From Gaiellaceae bacterium (GTDB taxonomy: Bacteria; Actinomycetota; Thermoleophilia; Gaiellales; Gaiellaceae): a stretch of DNA of 64,000 nucleotides. This document shows, piece by piece, positions 17,088-25,533 of the stretch; position 1 is the first letter of the stretch; each line of letters opens with the position of its first letter. Under the pieces are notes generated by a model. The model was given only the letters and a program-made list of their open reading frames with translations, had not been told where the DNA came from and did not search any database. The translations under genes were made by a program, and so were the position numbers. The stretch is from assembly GCA_046262415.1 (NCBI GenBank), contig JBHEMU010000146.1, positions 42,913 to 106,912 on the forward strand. Reading direction: 5' to 3'.

Positions 17088-18460
17088 TGAAGGGCCGGCG
17101 CTTCCTCGCCCTCGCGGCGCTCCTCGCCGCGCTCGGCGCGATCCACGCACTGGTCTACCTGCCGCTGGTCTCGCCGCACGAGACGGGCGACTCGCCCTAC
17201 TACACGGCCGCCGCGCACGCGCTCCTCGACGGCGGGTACTCGACGCCGCTCGGCCGGGTGGACATCACCGGCCTCGAGTTCCACGGCGACCTGTCGGCGG
17301 TGGAGAAGCGCGAGACGTTCAGGACGCCCGGGTACCCGCTCTTCCTGGCGCTGCTGGGCGGCGGCACCAGCGACGTGTCGGAGGCCCTGGTGATGGTCGT
17401 GCAGGCGCTGCTGACCGGCGCGAGCGTCTTCCTGCTGGCACTCTGCGTCCGCCGGCTGTGGGGTGCGGGCGTCGCGCTCGCGGCCGCTGCGGTCTACGCG
17501 ATCGACCCGTTCTCGAAGCGCTACGCGGCGCTGCTTCTCTCGGAGGCGCTGTCGACGTTCCTCTTCCTCGCCGCGGCGTACGCGTTCGTCGAGGCGTGGG
17601 AGCGGCGGTCGACCCGCTGGTGGGGCGCGTGCGGCGCCATCTGCGGCGCGCTCGTCCTCGTGCGGCCCGTGTTCGTCTTCCTGCCGTTCTTCGTGGTGCC
17701 GGCGCTGGCGCTCCGCCGGGAGGGCTGGGGAGCGTTCGCGCGCCGCGCCGCCGTCTACGCGGCCGCCGCGGGGCTGCTCGTCGCCCCCTGGCTCGCGTGG
17801 CAGCTCCACGTGCTCGGCCGGCCCGTGCTGCAGAGCTTCGGCACCGGCTGGGGCTTCCTCTACGCCGCGCACGGCGAGGGCCACGGCCGGACCGGCGGCG
17901 ACGTCGCGAACGACCCCGATTTCCAGCGGGACTTCTACTCCGTCCACCGCCTCGCGCCCCCGGCGGCCGTGCTGCGCCGCGACCCGGACGCCTACGGCCG
18001 TTACCTGGTCAGGGCCGACGCCGAGCAGCGCCGCATCGCGCGCACGCTCTACGCGGAGCGGCTCCGGGAACGCCCGGCGCGCGTCGTCTGGGAGTCGCTC
18101 TACCGGTCGTACTTCCTCTGGATGGCGCACGAGGACTGGCGGCAGCCGACCGGCGCCGCGCTGCTGCTGCTGCGGCTGCTCGACTGGCTGGTGCTGATGC
18201 TCGCCGCGACCGGGGCGGTGCTCGCGGTGCGGCGGCCCGGGGCTTCACGGGCGTTCGCAGTCCTCCTCGTCTCGTTCACGCTCGCGAGCGGGCTCGGACA
18301 CGTCGAGGCCCGGTACTCGATCCCGTTGCGCGGCCTCTTCCTCGCCCTCGCCACCTACGCCGCCCTCGCGTTGCTGCGCCGCGCGAGAGAGGCGCTCGCC
18401 GCCAGGAAGGCGCAGATCCAGACGCTCGACGTTGCGACGTTACCGACGGACAGGAGGTAG
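17087..18460 (+). CDS. GT-C-fold-like polytopic membrane glycosyltransferase (ArnT/PMT-like)
   Basis: 457 aa with about 10 or more TM segments. The first loop ..SPHETGDSPYY.. is acidic, as in GT-C enzymes. A soluble loop precedes the C-terminal TMs. The GTG start overlaps the terminal CTAG of the repeat (ctaGTG). Confidence 0.6.
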   Translation: MKGRRFLALAALLAALGAIHALVYLPLVSPHETGDSPYYTAAAHALLDGGYSTPLGRVDITGLEFHGDLSAVEKRETFRTPGYPLFLALLGGGTSDVSEALVMVVQALLTGASVFLLALCVRRLWGAGVALAAAAVYAIDPFSKRYAALLLSEALSTFLFLAAAYAFVEAWERRSTRWWGACGAICGALVLVRPVFVFLPFFVVPALALRREGWGAFARRAAVYAAAAGLLVAPWLAWQLHVLGRPVLQSFGTGWGFLYAAHGEGHGRTGGDVANDPDFQRDFYSVHRLAPPAAVLRRDPDAYGRYLVRADAEQRRIARTLYAERLRERPARVVWESLYRSYFLWMAHEDWRQPTGAALLLLRLLDWLVLMLAATGAVLAVRRPGASRAFAVLLVSFTLASGLGHVEARYSIPLRGLFLALATYAALALLRRAREALAARKAQIQTLDVATLPTDRR

Positions 18461-19704
18461 CTCTGCGTCACGCCGCCGAGGAGGGCGGCCACCGCGACCG
18501 AGGTGGCGGCCGCGAGGGTCAGCCGCTCGGCCTGCGGCGCCTCCCGTAGCGACCGCCGGGCCGCGCCGAGCAGCGCCGCGGCGGCGGCGAGGAAGGCGAT
18601 CAGCCCGGCGACGCCGAGCTGGAGCAGGAGACCGATGTACGAGTTCTCCGGCAGGGCGGAGGCGAAGAAGTAGAAGCGGTCGACGAAGACCTCCGCCTCG
18701 GTGCCGAAGCCGTAGCCGGCCACGGGTCGCTCGAGCGCCTGGCCGACGGCGGCGGGCCAAGCCTGCCCGCGCCCGCTGCCGCCGAGGAGCTTCCGGCGGA
18801 TCGCCGGTGGCCTGCCACCCGGTCCGCCCCGCCCGATCTCGGCCTCGAGCGGCAGCGACAGGCTCGCATCCCGCGAGAATGCCGGCCGGGACGGCTCGCC
18901 CCCGGGCGAGGGGCTCGGTAGCTGCTGGACGCCCAGGTTCGCGAGGGCGAGGACGGCGACGGCGGCCGCGAGCCACGAGCGCCGGCGGGCCGGGCCGCCG
19001 GCGAGCAGAACGAGCACGAGCAGGGCGGGGAACGCGGCGAGCAGGGCGCCGCGCGAGCCCGACGCGACGAGCGATCCGTCCAGCAGACCGAACACGGCAA
19101 TCCCCGCGACGCGGGCCCGGCGGGTGCGGGCCGCCAGCACGAGCCATCCGGCGAGGGGGAGGGTCACGCCGAGCAGGAGCGCGACGGTGTTCGGGTTCTC
19201 GCCGAGGCCGCGGTAGCGCCAGGGGTACTGGGAGCTCGCGCTCTGGACGGCCTCGTCGTAGAGGACGGCGAGGACGACGAGCCCCGCGACCGCGACCGCG
19301 ACCACCCCGGCGACGATCCCGAGCAGGACCCTCCGCGCCGTCTCCGGGCGGCTCGCGCCGGCGATCCCGAGCGCCGCGGCCGTGAGAAACAGGAGCGCGA
19401 GCGAGCCCGCCCGACCCAGCGTGAGCCTGGGATCGACCGACCAGACTGCGGAGAGCGCCCCCAGTCCGGCGAGGGCGGCGAGGCCCAGCAGCCAGGCCGG
19501 CGGCCTGACCGGACGCGGCCGCTCGAGCACGAGGTGGAGCAGCGCCAGCCCGCAGAGCGTGACGAGGCAGATCCAGCGGAGTGGGCGCCCGACGCGGAGC
19601 ACCGGGATCACCGCGGAGGAGCCGCAGGTGAACGCGAAGACCGTCCCGGCGATCGTGAGCGGGAGAACGAGCTCGAGCGCGCGCCGCGGCGTCAACTCAG
19701 TCAC
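18355..19704 (-). CDS. O-antigen ligase/polymerase family (Wzy_C-type) membrane protein, paralog 2
   Basis: 449 aa. ..LVASGSRGALLAAFPALLVL.. Wzy_C-like loop. The C-terminus ..GNVATSSVWICAFL.. is conserved with paralog 3. The start abuts the upstream stop (TGAGTG). Confidence 0.8.
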   Translation of the reverse strand: MTELTPRRALELVLPLTIAGTVFAFTCGSSAVIPVLRVGRPLRWICLVTLCGLALLHLVLERPRPVRPPAWLLGLAALAGLGALSAVWSVDPRLTLGRAGSLALLFLTAAALGIAGASRPETARRVLLGIVAGVVAVAVAGLVVLAVLYDEAVQSASSQYPWRYRGLGENPNTVALLLGVTLPLAGWLVLAARTRRARVAGIAVFGLLDGSLVASGSRGALLAAFPALLVLVLLAGGPARRRSWLAAAVAVLALANLGVQQLPSPSPGGEPSRPAFSRDASLSLPLEAEIGRGGPGGRPPAIRRKLLGGSGRGQAWPAAVGQALERPVAGYGFGTEAEVFVDRFYFFASALPENSYIGLLLQLGVAGLIAFLAAAAALLGAARRSLREAPQAERLTLAAATSVAVAALLGGVTQSYLLSVGNVATSSVWICAFLAASASLARRSNARAA

Positions 19705-20118
19705 TCAACGCCCCGGTGCCCCGAGCCGGTGGAGCAGCCGGTCGACGAGCGCCCGGTCGACGACGATCGTGGAGGCGTCGGGCTCCTCCCGCAGGCTGGC
19801 GATCGTAGGGTCGCCGGAGTCCCGGCGGTCGATCGCCTCGACCAGCCGTCCCCTGCCGTCGAAGCAGAGCTCGAGCGCGAAGCGGTTTCCACCTCGCCGG
19901 TAGAGCAGGCAGTCGAAGCGCAGGGCGACGCCGATCCGGTAGGCCGAGAGCGTCGGGCCGTCGAGCGGCCCCACGAGCTGCCGGATCTGGCGCAGGCCGC
20001 GCAGCTCCTCGCGGACGTGACGGCCTCGTTCCCAGCGGCCGACCGCGATCACGCCCGCGAGGACGGCGAAGGCCAGGACCGCGGCGATCGCCAACCGGCG
20101 AGGCGAGTGCCTAGCCAC
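19705..20118 (-). CDS. hypothetical membrane-anchored protein
   Basis: 137 aa with N-terminal TM RRLAIAAVLAFAVLAGVIAV. Tightly packed in the operon (8-nt overlap upstream, 0-nt gap downstream). No family recognised. Confidence 0.55.
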   Translation of the reverse strand: MARHSPRRLAIAAVLAFAVLAGVIAVGRWERGRHVREELRGLRQIRQLVGPLDGPTLSAYRIGVALRFDCLLYRRGGNRFALELCFDGRGRLVEAIDRRDSGDPTIASLREEPDASTIVVDRALVDRLLHRLGAPGR

Positions 20119-21316
20119 GCGTCGCGCCGGCCAGCTCGTGCAGCAGGTCGCGGTAGCGGCCGACGGCGACCGTCCGGTCGGCCTCGGCCGTCACGTACTC
20201 ACGACCGCGCCGCCCCAGCTGCTCGAGGTCGATGTCGCCCGCGTGGGCCTTGCGGATCGCACCCGCGAGCAGCTCCGGGCGCCCGGGCGGCACCACGAGT
20301 CCGCACTCCGCCTCCGCCACGACGTGGGCGGTCTCGCTGTCGGGGTCGACGGCGGCGATCACCGGCCGGCCTGCGGCCATGATCCCGTAGAGCCTGCTCG
20401 GCACGACGTACCCGGCGAGCCCCCGCGCGAGCCCGACCACGTGCACGTCGGCCGCGGACAGCGACTGGGGCAGCGCGGCGCGTGGCTGGTACGGGAAGAA
20501 GCGCACCTTGTCGGCCTCGAGCCGCTCCGCCAGCTCCATCACCGCCTCGCGCCGGGCGCCCTCGCCGACGATCGCGACCGTCAGGTCGCCGAGGTCGCGG
20601 AGGAACGTCGCCGAGCGGACGAGCGCGTCGAGGTTCTGCGCGTGACCGACGTTGCCGGAGTGCATGACGACGAACCCTCCGTCCAGGTCGTGCTCCCGGG
20701 CCCACGGGTTGTCCCGCGACTGCGGCGTGAGCACGCTCGTGTCGACCCAGTTGGGGATCACGCGGAGTCGCTCCGGGCGCGCCCCCTTCTCCTCCAGGCG
20801 GCGGCGCATCGTGCTCCCGATCGCGACGACCCGGTCGGCCCGGCGCAGGTAGAAGGAGATCGCCCGGCGCAGGAAGCCCACCAGCACGGGGTTCTCGAGG
20901 CGCTTCAGCTCGACGGCGATCTCGGGAAACACGTCCTGGCTGATCACGACGAGGGGCGCGTCGAAGCGCCGGGCGACGCCGAGCGCGACGTCGGCGATGA
21001 TCGGCGGGTCGGTCATGCAGAGCACGATGTCGGGCCGTGCGGACGTGAGACCCACCCGCAGGGACTCGGCCAGGTAGGTCGCGTAGTTGAGAGCCCGCAG
21101 CGAGAGGTGGCTGCGGTTGTACGCGGTCGACCGGACGCGGACGATCCGGACTCCCTCGTGCTCGGTGCCGCCGGCGGGCGCCGGCAGCGGCGCGTTCCAG
21201 AGCATGCCCGTGATCACGGTGACGTCGAAGTCCTCGGCGAGTGCCCGGCAGAGCTCGTGCAGCAGGTGGGCGGTCGCCTCGACGCCGGGCCAGTAGTACT
21301 GGTTGAAGACGAGCAC
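20111..21316 (-). CDS. family 4 glycosyltransferase (WcaI-like)
   Basis: VLVFNQYYWPGVEATAHLLHELC N-terminus and ..PSRLYGIMAAGRPVIAAV.. C-terminal GT-B motif. GTG 21316 was chosen (GGGGGGAG about 14 nt upstream). The longer ORF overlaps the ligase gene and was rejected. Confidence 0.8.
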   Translation of the reverse strand: MLVFNQYYWPGVEATAHLLHELCRALAEDFDVTVITGMLWNAPLPAPAGGTEHEGVRIVRVRSTAYNRSHLSLRALNYATYLAESLRVGLTSARPDIVLCMTDPPIIADVALGVARRFDAPLVVISQDVFPEIAVELKRLENPVLVGFLRRAISFYLRRADRVVAIGSTMRRRLEEKGARPERLRVIPNWVDTSVLTPQSRDNPWAREHDLDGGFVVMHSGNVGHAQNLDALVRSATFLRDLGDLTVAIVGEGARREAVMELAERLEADKVRFFPYQPRAALPQSLSAADVHVVGLARGLAGYVVPSRLYGIMAAGRPVIAAVDPDSETAHVVAEAECGLVVPPGRPELLAGAIRKAHAGDIDLEQLGRRGREYVTAEADRTVAVGRYRDLLHELAGATRG

Positions 21317-21354
21317 GCGAGGCCTCGCGCTCCCCCCGTCTTGCGCTGGACCAG

Positions 21355-22713
21355 TCAGTTCCGGACCGCCCGCGGAGCCGCCAGCGCGGTCAGGAGGAAG
21401 GCGCAGATCCAGACGCTGAGGGTGGCCGTGTTGCCGGCCGCGTACAGGTAGGACTGGAACAGGGCCAGGCCCAGGCCGGCGAGGAGGACGGCGGCGCAGG
21501 CGGCCGCGAGCGGGCGGTCGGGGTCGTCGCGGGCCCTGAGAGCCCGCGCCGCCGCGGCGAGGAGGCTGAGGGCGAGCCCGCCGAGCAGCACGATCCCGAG
21601 CACCCCGAGCTGCAGGAAGATGCCGATGAAGGAGTTCTCCGGCACGCCGCCCTGGAACGAGTAGCTGCGGTCGACGAACGCCCTGCTCTCGGTGGCGAAG
21701 CCGAAGCCCGCCACCGGCCGCTCCGCGCCCAGCCCGAGCGCGCTGCCCCAGGCGTCCCGGCGGCCGCTCGACCCGAGCAGCGAGCGGCCCCCGGGCGGTT
21801 CGTAGCGCCCGCCTGGCGGGCGGCCGATCTCGTCCTCGAGCCGCAGGTAGCACTGCGCGTCGTTTCGCGTGCACGGGGTCGTGTAGTCGGAGGCAGAGCG
21901 GCGGTAGTTCGGGTCCGGATCCGGCAGCGTGGTCACGCCGAGGCCGGCGGCGAGGCCGAGCGCGGCCGTGGCCAGGGTCGCCGCGACCGCGCGGGAGCCC
22001 CGGGCCGACGCGAGCGCCGGGACCGCCGCAGCCGCGAATCCGGCGACGAGCGCTCCGCGGGAGCCCGAGGCGACGATCGAGCCGGCCAGGAGCGCGAGGA
22101 CGGCCCCGGCGGCGACTCGCCGTGCTCCGCGCTCCCGGAGCAGGAGCCAGGTGGCGATCGGCATGCCCACCGCGAAGAGCATCGAGACCGTGTTCGGGTT
22201 CTGGCCGATGCCCCGGAAGCGGGCGGCAGTCGAGGAGGTCGCCTCCTGGACGGCCTCGCCGGGGTCGACGGCCAGGGCGACGAGCCCGGCCAGGGCGACC
22301 GCGACCGCCCCGCCGAGGACGGCGACCAGGACGCGCCCGGCCGCTTCGCGATCGCTTGCGACCGGGAGGGCGAGCGCCCCCGCGGCCACGAGCAGGGTGC
22401 CGAAGGCGATGCAGCGCGCGACCGTCAGGCGCGGGTCGAGCGACCAGAGCGCCGAGGCGAGCGCCAGCGCGAGCAGCGCGGCCGCGAACCAGTACGCGGC
22501 TGGGCGCGGACGGGGCCGCAGCGATCCGGCCTGGCTCCAGGCGTAGGCGAGCGAGAGCACGCAGAGCCCGCCCAGCAGCAGCCAGCGGAGAGGCCCGGCC
22601 ACGGCGCGGACGTCCGGCGACCAGTTCGACCCGAAGGCGACGTCGAGGACGGTGACGACGATGGCGAGACGCACCGCTCCTTCGAGCGGCAGGCGGCGCA
22701 GGAGCGTTCCCAA
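21355..22713 (-). CDS. O-antigen ligase/polymerase family (Wzy_C-type) membrane protein, paralog 3
   Basis: 452 aa. ..IVASGSRGALVAGFAAAAV.. and C-terminal ..GNTATLSVWICAFL.. are shared with paralog 2. TTG start. Confidence 0.8.
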   Translation of the reverse strand: MGTLLRRLPLEGAVRLAIVVTVLDVAFGSNWSPDVRAVAGPLRWLLLGGLCVLSLAYAWSQAGSLRPRPRPAAYWFAAALLALALASALWSLDPRLTVARCIAFGTLLVAAGALALPVASDREAAGRVLVAVLGGAVAVALAGLVALAVDPGEAVQEATSSTAARFRGIGQNPNTVSMLFAVGMPIATWLLLRERGARRVAAGAVLALLAGSIVASGSRGALVAGFAAAAVPALASARGSRAVAATLATAALGLAAGLGVTTLPDPDPNYRRSASDYTTPCTRNDAQCYLRLEDEIGRPPGGRYEPPGGRSLLGSSGRRDAWGSALGLGAERPVAGFGFATESRAFVDRSYSFQGGVPENSFIGIFLQLGVLGIVLLGGLALSLLAAAARALRARDDPDRPLAAACAAVLLAGLGLALFQSYLYAAGNTATLSVWICAFLLTALAAPRAVRN

Positions 22714-22739
22714 CCGGCTGCCTAGGATACTCCGGAGCC

Positions 22740-23462
22740 ATGGCGTACCCCGAGCGGATCGTGCCCGACGAGACCGGGCCCGGCATCGTCGCCATCCACC
22801 TGAAGCGCTACGAGTTCGCCCGGCGCTGGTGCGTGGACGCCGAGGTGCTGGACGCGGCCTGCGGCGTCGGCTACGGCAGCGCGCACCTCGCCGACGTGGC
22901 GCGGCGTGTGGTCGGCGTCGACGTCAGCGAGGACGCGGTCGCCTACGCCCGTGCGCACTACGACCGCTCCAACGTCGAGTTCCGGCAGGCGGACCTGCTC
23001 GAACCCGGGCTTCCCGAGGCGGCCTTCGACGTCGTCTGCTCCTTCGAGACGATCGAGCACCTGCCCGACCCGGAGCGCTTCCTCGGCCACGTCGCGCAGA
23101 CCCTTCGCCCCGCCGGCGTCCTCGTCGTCTCGACGCCACAGGCGCGCCGCACGACGCGCACGCCGGAGAACCCGTTCCACCACGTCGAGTACGCGCGGAC
23201 GGATTTCGAGGCGCTCCTGCGCGGGTTCTTCGACGACGTCGAGCTCTACGGCCAGCGACGCCTCCAGACCGGGCGCCACCGCCTGATGCAGCGGCTCGAC
23301 GTCCTCGGGCTCCGGCGGCGGCTGACGTTCCTGCGCCCGGCGGCGGCGGTGCTCGGCACGGCACCGATGGCGGAGGTGACGGCACAGGGTCTCGCGATCG
23401 ACCGCGAGCACCTCGAGCGCGCGGCCGAGCTGGTGGCCGTCTGCCGCGGCCCGCGGCCGTGA
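22740..23462 (+). CDS. class I SAM-dependent methyltransferase
   Basis: VLDAACGVGYGS motif I and ..DVVCSFETIEHL..LRPAGVLVVSTP. Confidence 0.85.
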   Translation: MAYPERIVPDETGPGIVAIHLKRYEFARRWCVDAEVLDAACGVGYGSAHLADVARRVVGVDVSEDAVAYARAHYDRSNVEFRQADLLEPGLPEAAFDVVCSFETIEHLPDPERFLGHVAQTLRPAGVLVVSTPQARRTTRTPENPFHHVEYARTDFEALLRGFFDDVELYGQRRLQTGRHRLMQRLDVLGLRRRLTFLRPAAAVLGTAPMAEVTAQGLAIDREHLERAAELVAVCRGPRP

Positions 23463-24568
23463 GGATCGCCCAGCTGGTGATCGGCGGCGCCGTGGCTGGC
23501 GGGCAGCTGGTGGCGCTCGCGATCGCCCGCGCGGCGCGGGGACGCGGAGACGAGGTCGTCTTCCTCTCGCCCTCACGCGGGCCGTTCACCGACCTCGTCG
23601 AAGCCGAGGGAATGCCTATACGCGATGTCGATGTCTCGAGGACGTTCCGGATCGGCGGGGCCGTGCGCCTGGCACGCGACCTGCGGCGGCTGCAGGTCGA
23701 CGTCCTGCACACGCACGGCGCAATCGCCTCGAACGTCCTGAGCCGAATCGCCGGGCGGGGCGCGCGCGTGCCCGTGGTGTCGCATCTGCACATCGAGAAC
23801 CACCTGCCCCGAAGCCGGCTCCGGGCCGGCACCCTCCGTGCTCTCGACAACTGGAGCGCGCGCCTGGCGGCGCGCATCCTCGTCGTGTCGGAGGACACGA
23901 AGCGCGCGCTCGTCGAGCAGGGCTATCCGCAGGAGCGGCTCGAAGTAGTGGCGAACGGCGTTCATGTTGGCTATTCTGACAACAGCGGCGGACGGAGCCT
24001 TCGAGCCGAGCTCGGGGTCCCGGCCGCCGCTCCGCTCGTGGTCGAGATCGCCCGCCTCTGCGACGTCAAGGGGCAGCGCGAGCTGATCGACGCCGTCGCG
24101 GAGCTGGACGGTGTCCACGCCGTTCTCGTCGGCGAGGATCTCGAGCAGGGAGGCCTGTACCGCGATCTGCTCGAACGTCGGATCGCCGAGCGTGGCGCCG
24201 CCGGCCGGATCGTGCTGGCCGGCCACCGGCCGGACGCGCGCGCCTTCCTCGAGGAGGCGGACGTGTTCGCCCTGCCCTCCTGGATGGAGGGCATGCCGAT
24301 CACGGTGCTCGAGGCGATGGCACACGCGAGGCCCGTGGTGGCGACGGCCGTGGGCGGCACGGGGGAGGTCGTCGTCGACGGCGTGACCGGGCTCCTCGTC
24401 CCCCCCCGCGACGCGGCCGCGCTGGGTCGGGCGATCGGCAGCCTGCTCTCCGACCGGGACGCGGCGCGCCGGATCGGCGAGGCCGGCCGGCGGCGCGTGG
24501 AGGAGCACTTCTCCGAGGAGGCGATGACCCGGCGGGTCCTGGAGGTGTACGACGAGCTCGCCGGCTAA
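23459..24568 (+). CDS. family 4 glycosyltransferase
   Basis: GTG 23459 overlaps the methyltransferase stop (GTGA). ..FALPSWMEGMPITVLEAMAHARPVVATAVGGTGEVVVDGVTGLLVPP.. (E-x7-E). Confidence 0.85.
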   Translation: MRIAQLVIGGAVAGGQLVALAIARAARGRGDEVVFLSPSRGPFTDLVEAEGMPIRDVDVSRTFRIGGAVRLARDLRRLQVDVLHTHGAIASNVLSRIAGRGARVPVVSHLHIENHLPRSRLRAGTLRALDNWSARLAARILVVSEDTKRALVEQGYPQERLEVVANGVHVGYSDNSGGRSLRAELGVPAAAPLVVEIARLCDVKGQRELIDAVAELDGVHAVLVGEDLEQGGLYRDLLERRIAERGAAGRIVLAGHRPDARAFLEEADVFALPSWMEGMPITVLEAMAHARPVVATAVGGTGEVVVDGVTGLLVPPRDAAALGRAIGSLLSDRDAARRIGEAGRRRVEEHFSEEAMTRRVLEVYDELAG

Positions 24569-24665
24569 GAGCGAGAGCCCCGAGGTCGCCGTTGTCATCC
24601 CGACCCACGGGCCCGCGCCGTACCTCGCCGACGCGATCACGAGCGTCACCGGCGCCTCCGAGATC

Positions 24666-25439
24666 GTGGTCGTCGAGGACGGCACGGCCGAGGTCTCGGC
24701 CGGCGAGGTGGCGCCGGCGAGACTGATCCGGCTGCCGAAGGTCGGCCGCTCGCGCGCCCGGAACGCCGGTGTCGAGGCCGTTTCGGCGTCGCTCGTGGCG
24801 TTCCTGGACGCCGACGACCTCTCCCGAGTGGGTCGCCTCGAGCGGCAGCGCGCTTCGCTCGAGTCCGCGCCCGGTGCGGCGCTCTGCTTCGGCCCCGTCG
24901 AGGTCGTCGACGGCGGGCTCCGGCCGATCCCGGAGTGGAACCGGCTCCTCGCGCGGCGCCTCGAGCGGCTGGTCGCCGGGGGAGCGACGTACGAGGCGAT
25001 CCTGGCGAGCCGCTGCCCGATCTACACCTCGGCGACGATGGTGCGGCGAGCGGCGTTCCTCGAGGCCGGCGGCTACGACGCCCGGTTCGACGCCTACGAG
25101 GACCTCGACCTCTACCTGCGCCTGTCGCGGCTCGGCGGGCTCGTGCCCGCGCCGGGCACGCCGGTGACGACGTACCGCCTCCACGGAGCCAACACGGATT
25201 CGGACCGGCTCTACGAAGGATTGCTCGGCGTGGTCGGCAAGCACCTGCCGGACGCGGAGGGGCGCGCGCGGCGGCTGCTGCTGGAGCGGCAGGTCGAGGC
25301 GCTCTGGGGCCTGCGGCGGCTCGGCGACGTCCGCCGTGCGGCGCTGCGCGCGCTCGCGGCCGAGCCGCGGCTGCTCGCCCGTCCGCGCCTCGTAGCCCGC
25401 CTGCTCGCCTCGCTCGTCTCCCCGCGACGACGCGGATGA
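24666..25439 (+). CDS. family 2 glycosyltransferase (start codon problem; homology extends upstream to about 24585)
   Basis: ..FLDADD.. DxD motif and ..YEDLDLYLRL... The expected first strand VAVVIPTHGPAPYLADAI lies in the same frame at 24585-24638. No ATG/GTG/TTG exists between the in-frame stop at 24525-24527 and GTG 24666. Confidence 0.6.
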   Translation: MVVEDGTAEVSAGEVAPARLIRLPKVGRSRARNAGVEAVSASLVAFLDADDLSRVGRLERQRASLESAPGAALCFGPVEVVDGGLRPIPEWNRLLARRLERLVAGGATYEAILASRCPIYTSATMVRRAAFLEAGGYDARFDAYEDLDLYLRLSRLGGLVPAPGTPVTTYRLHGANTDSDRLYEGLLGVVGKHLPDAEGRARRLLLERQVEALWGLRRLGDVRRAALRALAAEPRLLARPRLVARLLASLVSPRRRG

Positions 25440-25533
25440 GGCATCGCCTGCGATGCCGGCATCAGGGCGACCGGGCTTTGCCCGCAGGGCCGTCGGCGCC
25501 GACAACCGAGAAGCCCCGAGAACGGAGCGCCGC

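Noticed and set aside
15480-17150. 556-aa minus-strand ORF opposite the PAP2 gene, with similar antisense ORFs opposite most genes (for example 13187-15700, 53079-55175, 57695-59287)
   Set aside because: Low-complexity R/A/G/P/E/D-rich translations mirror the codon structure of the sense gene. No motifs were found.
22714-22739. Promoter calls in the very short divergent gaps (22714-22739, 43073-43107, 47406-47431, 52783-52820, 56085-56113)
   Set aside because: TANNNT-like hexamers exist in some of them (TAGGAT / TATCCT around CCTAGG at 22722). Their spacing to the start codons is inconsistent, and the gaps are too short to place -35 elements outside coding DNA. Not reportable as features.
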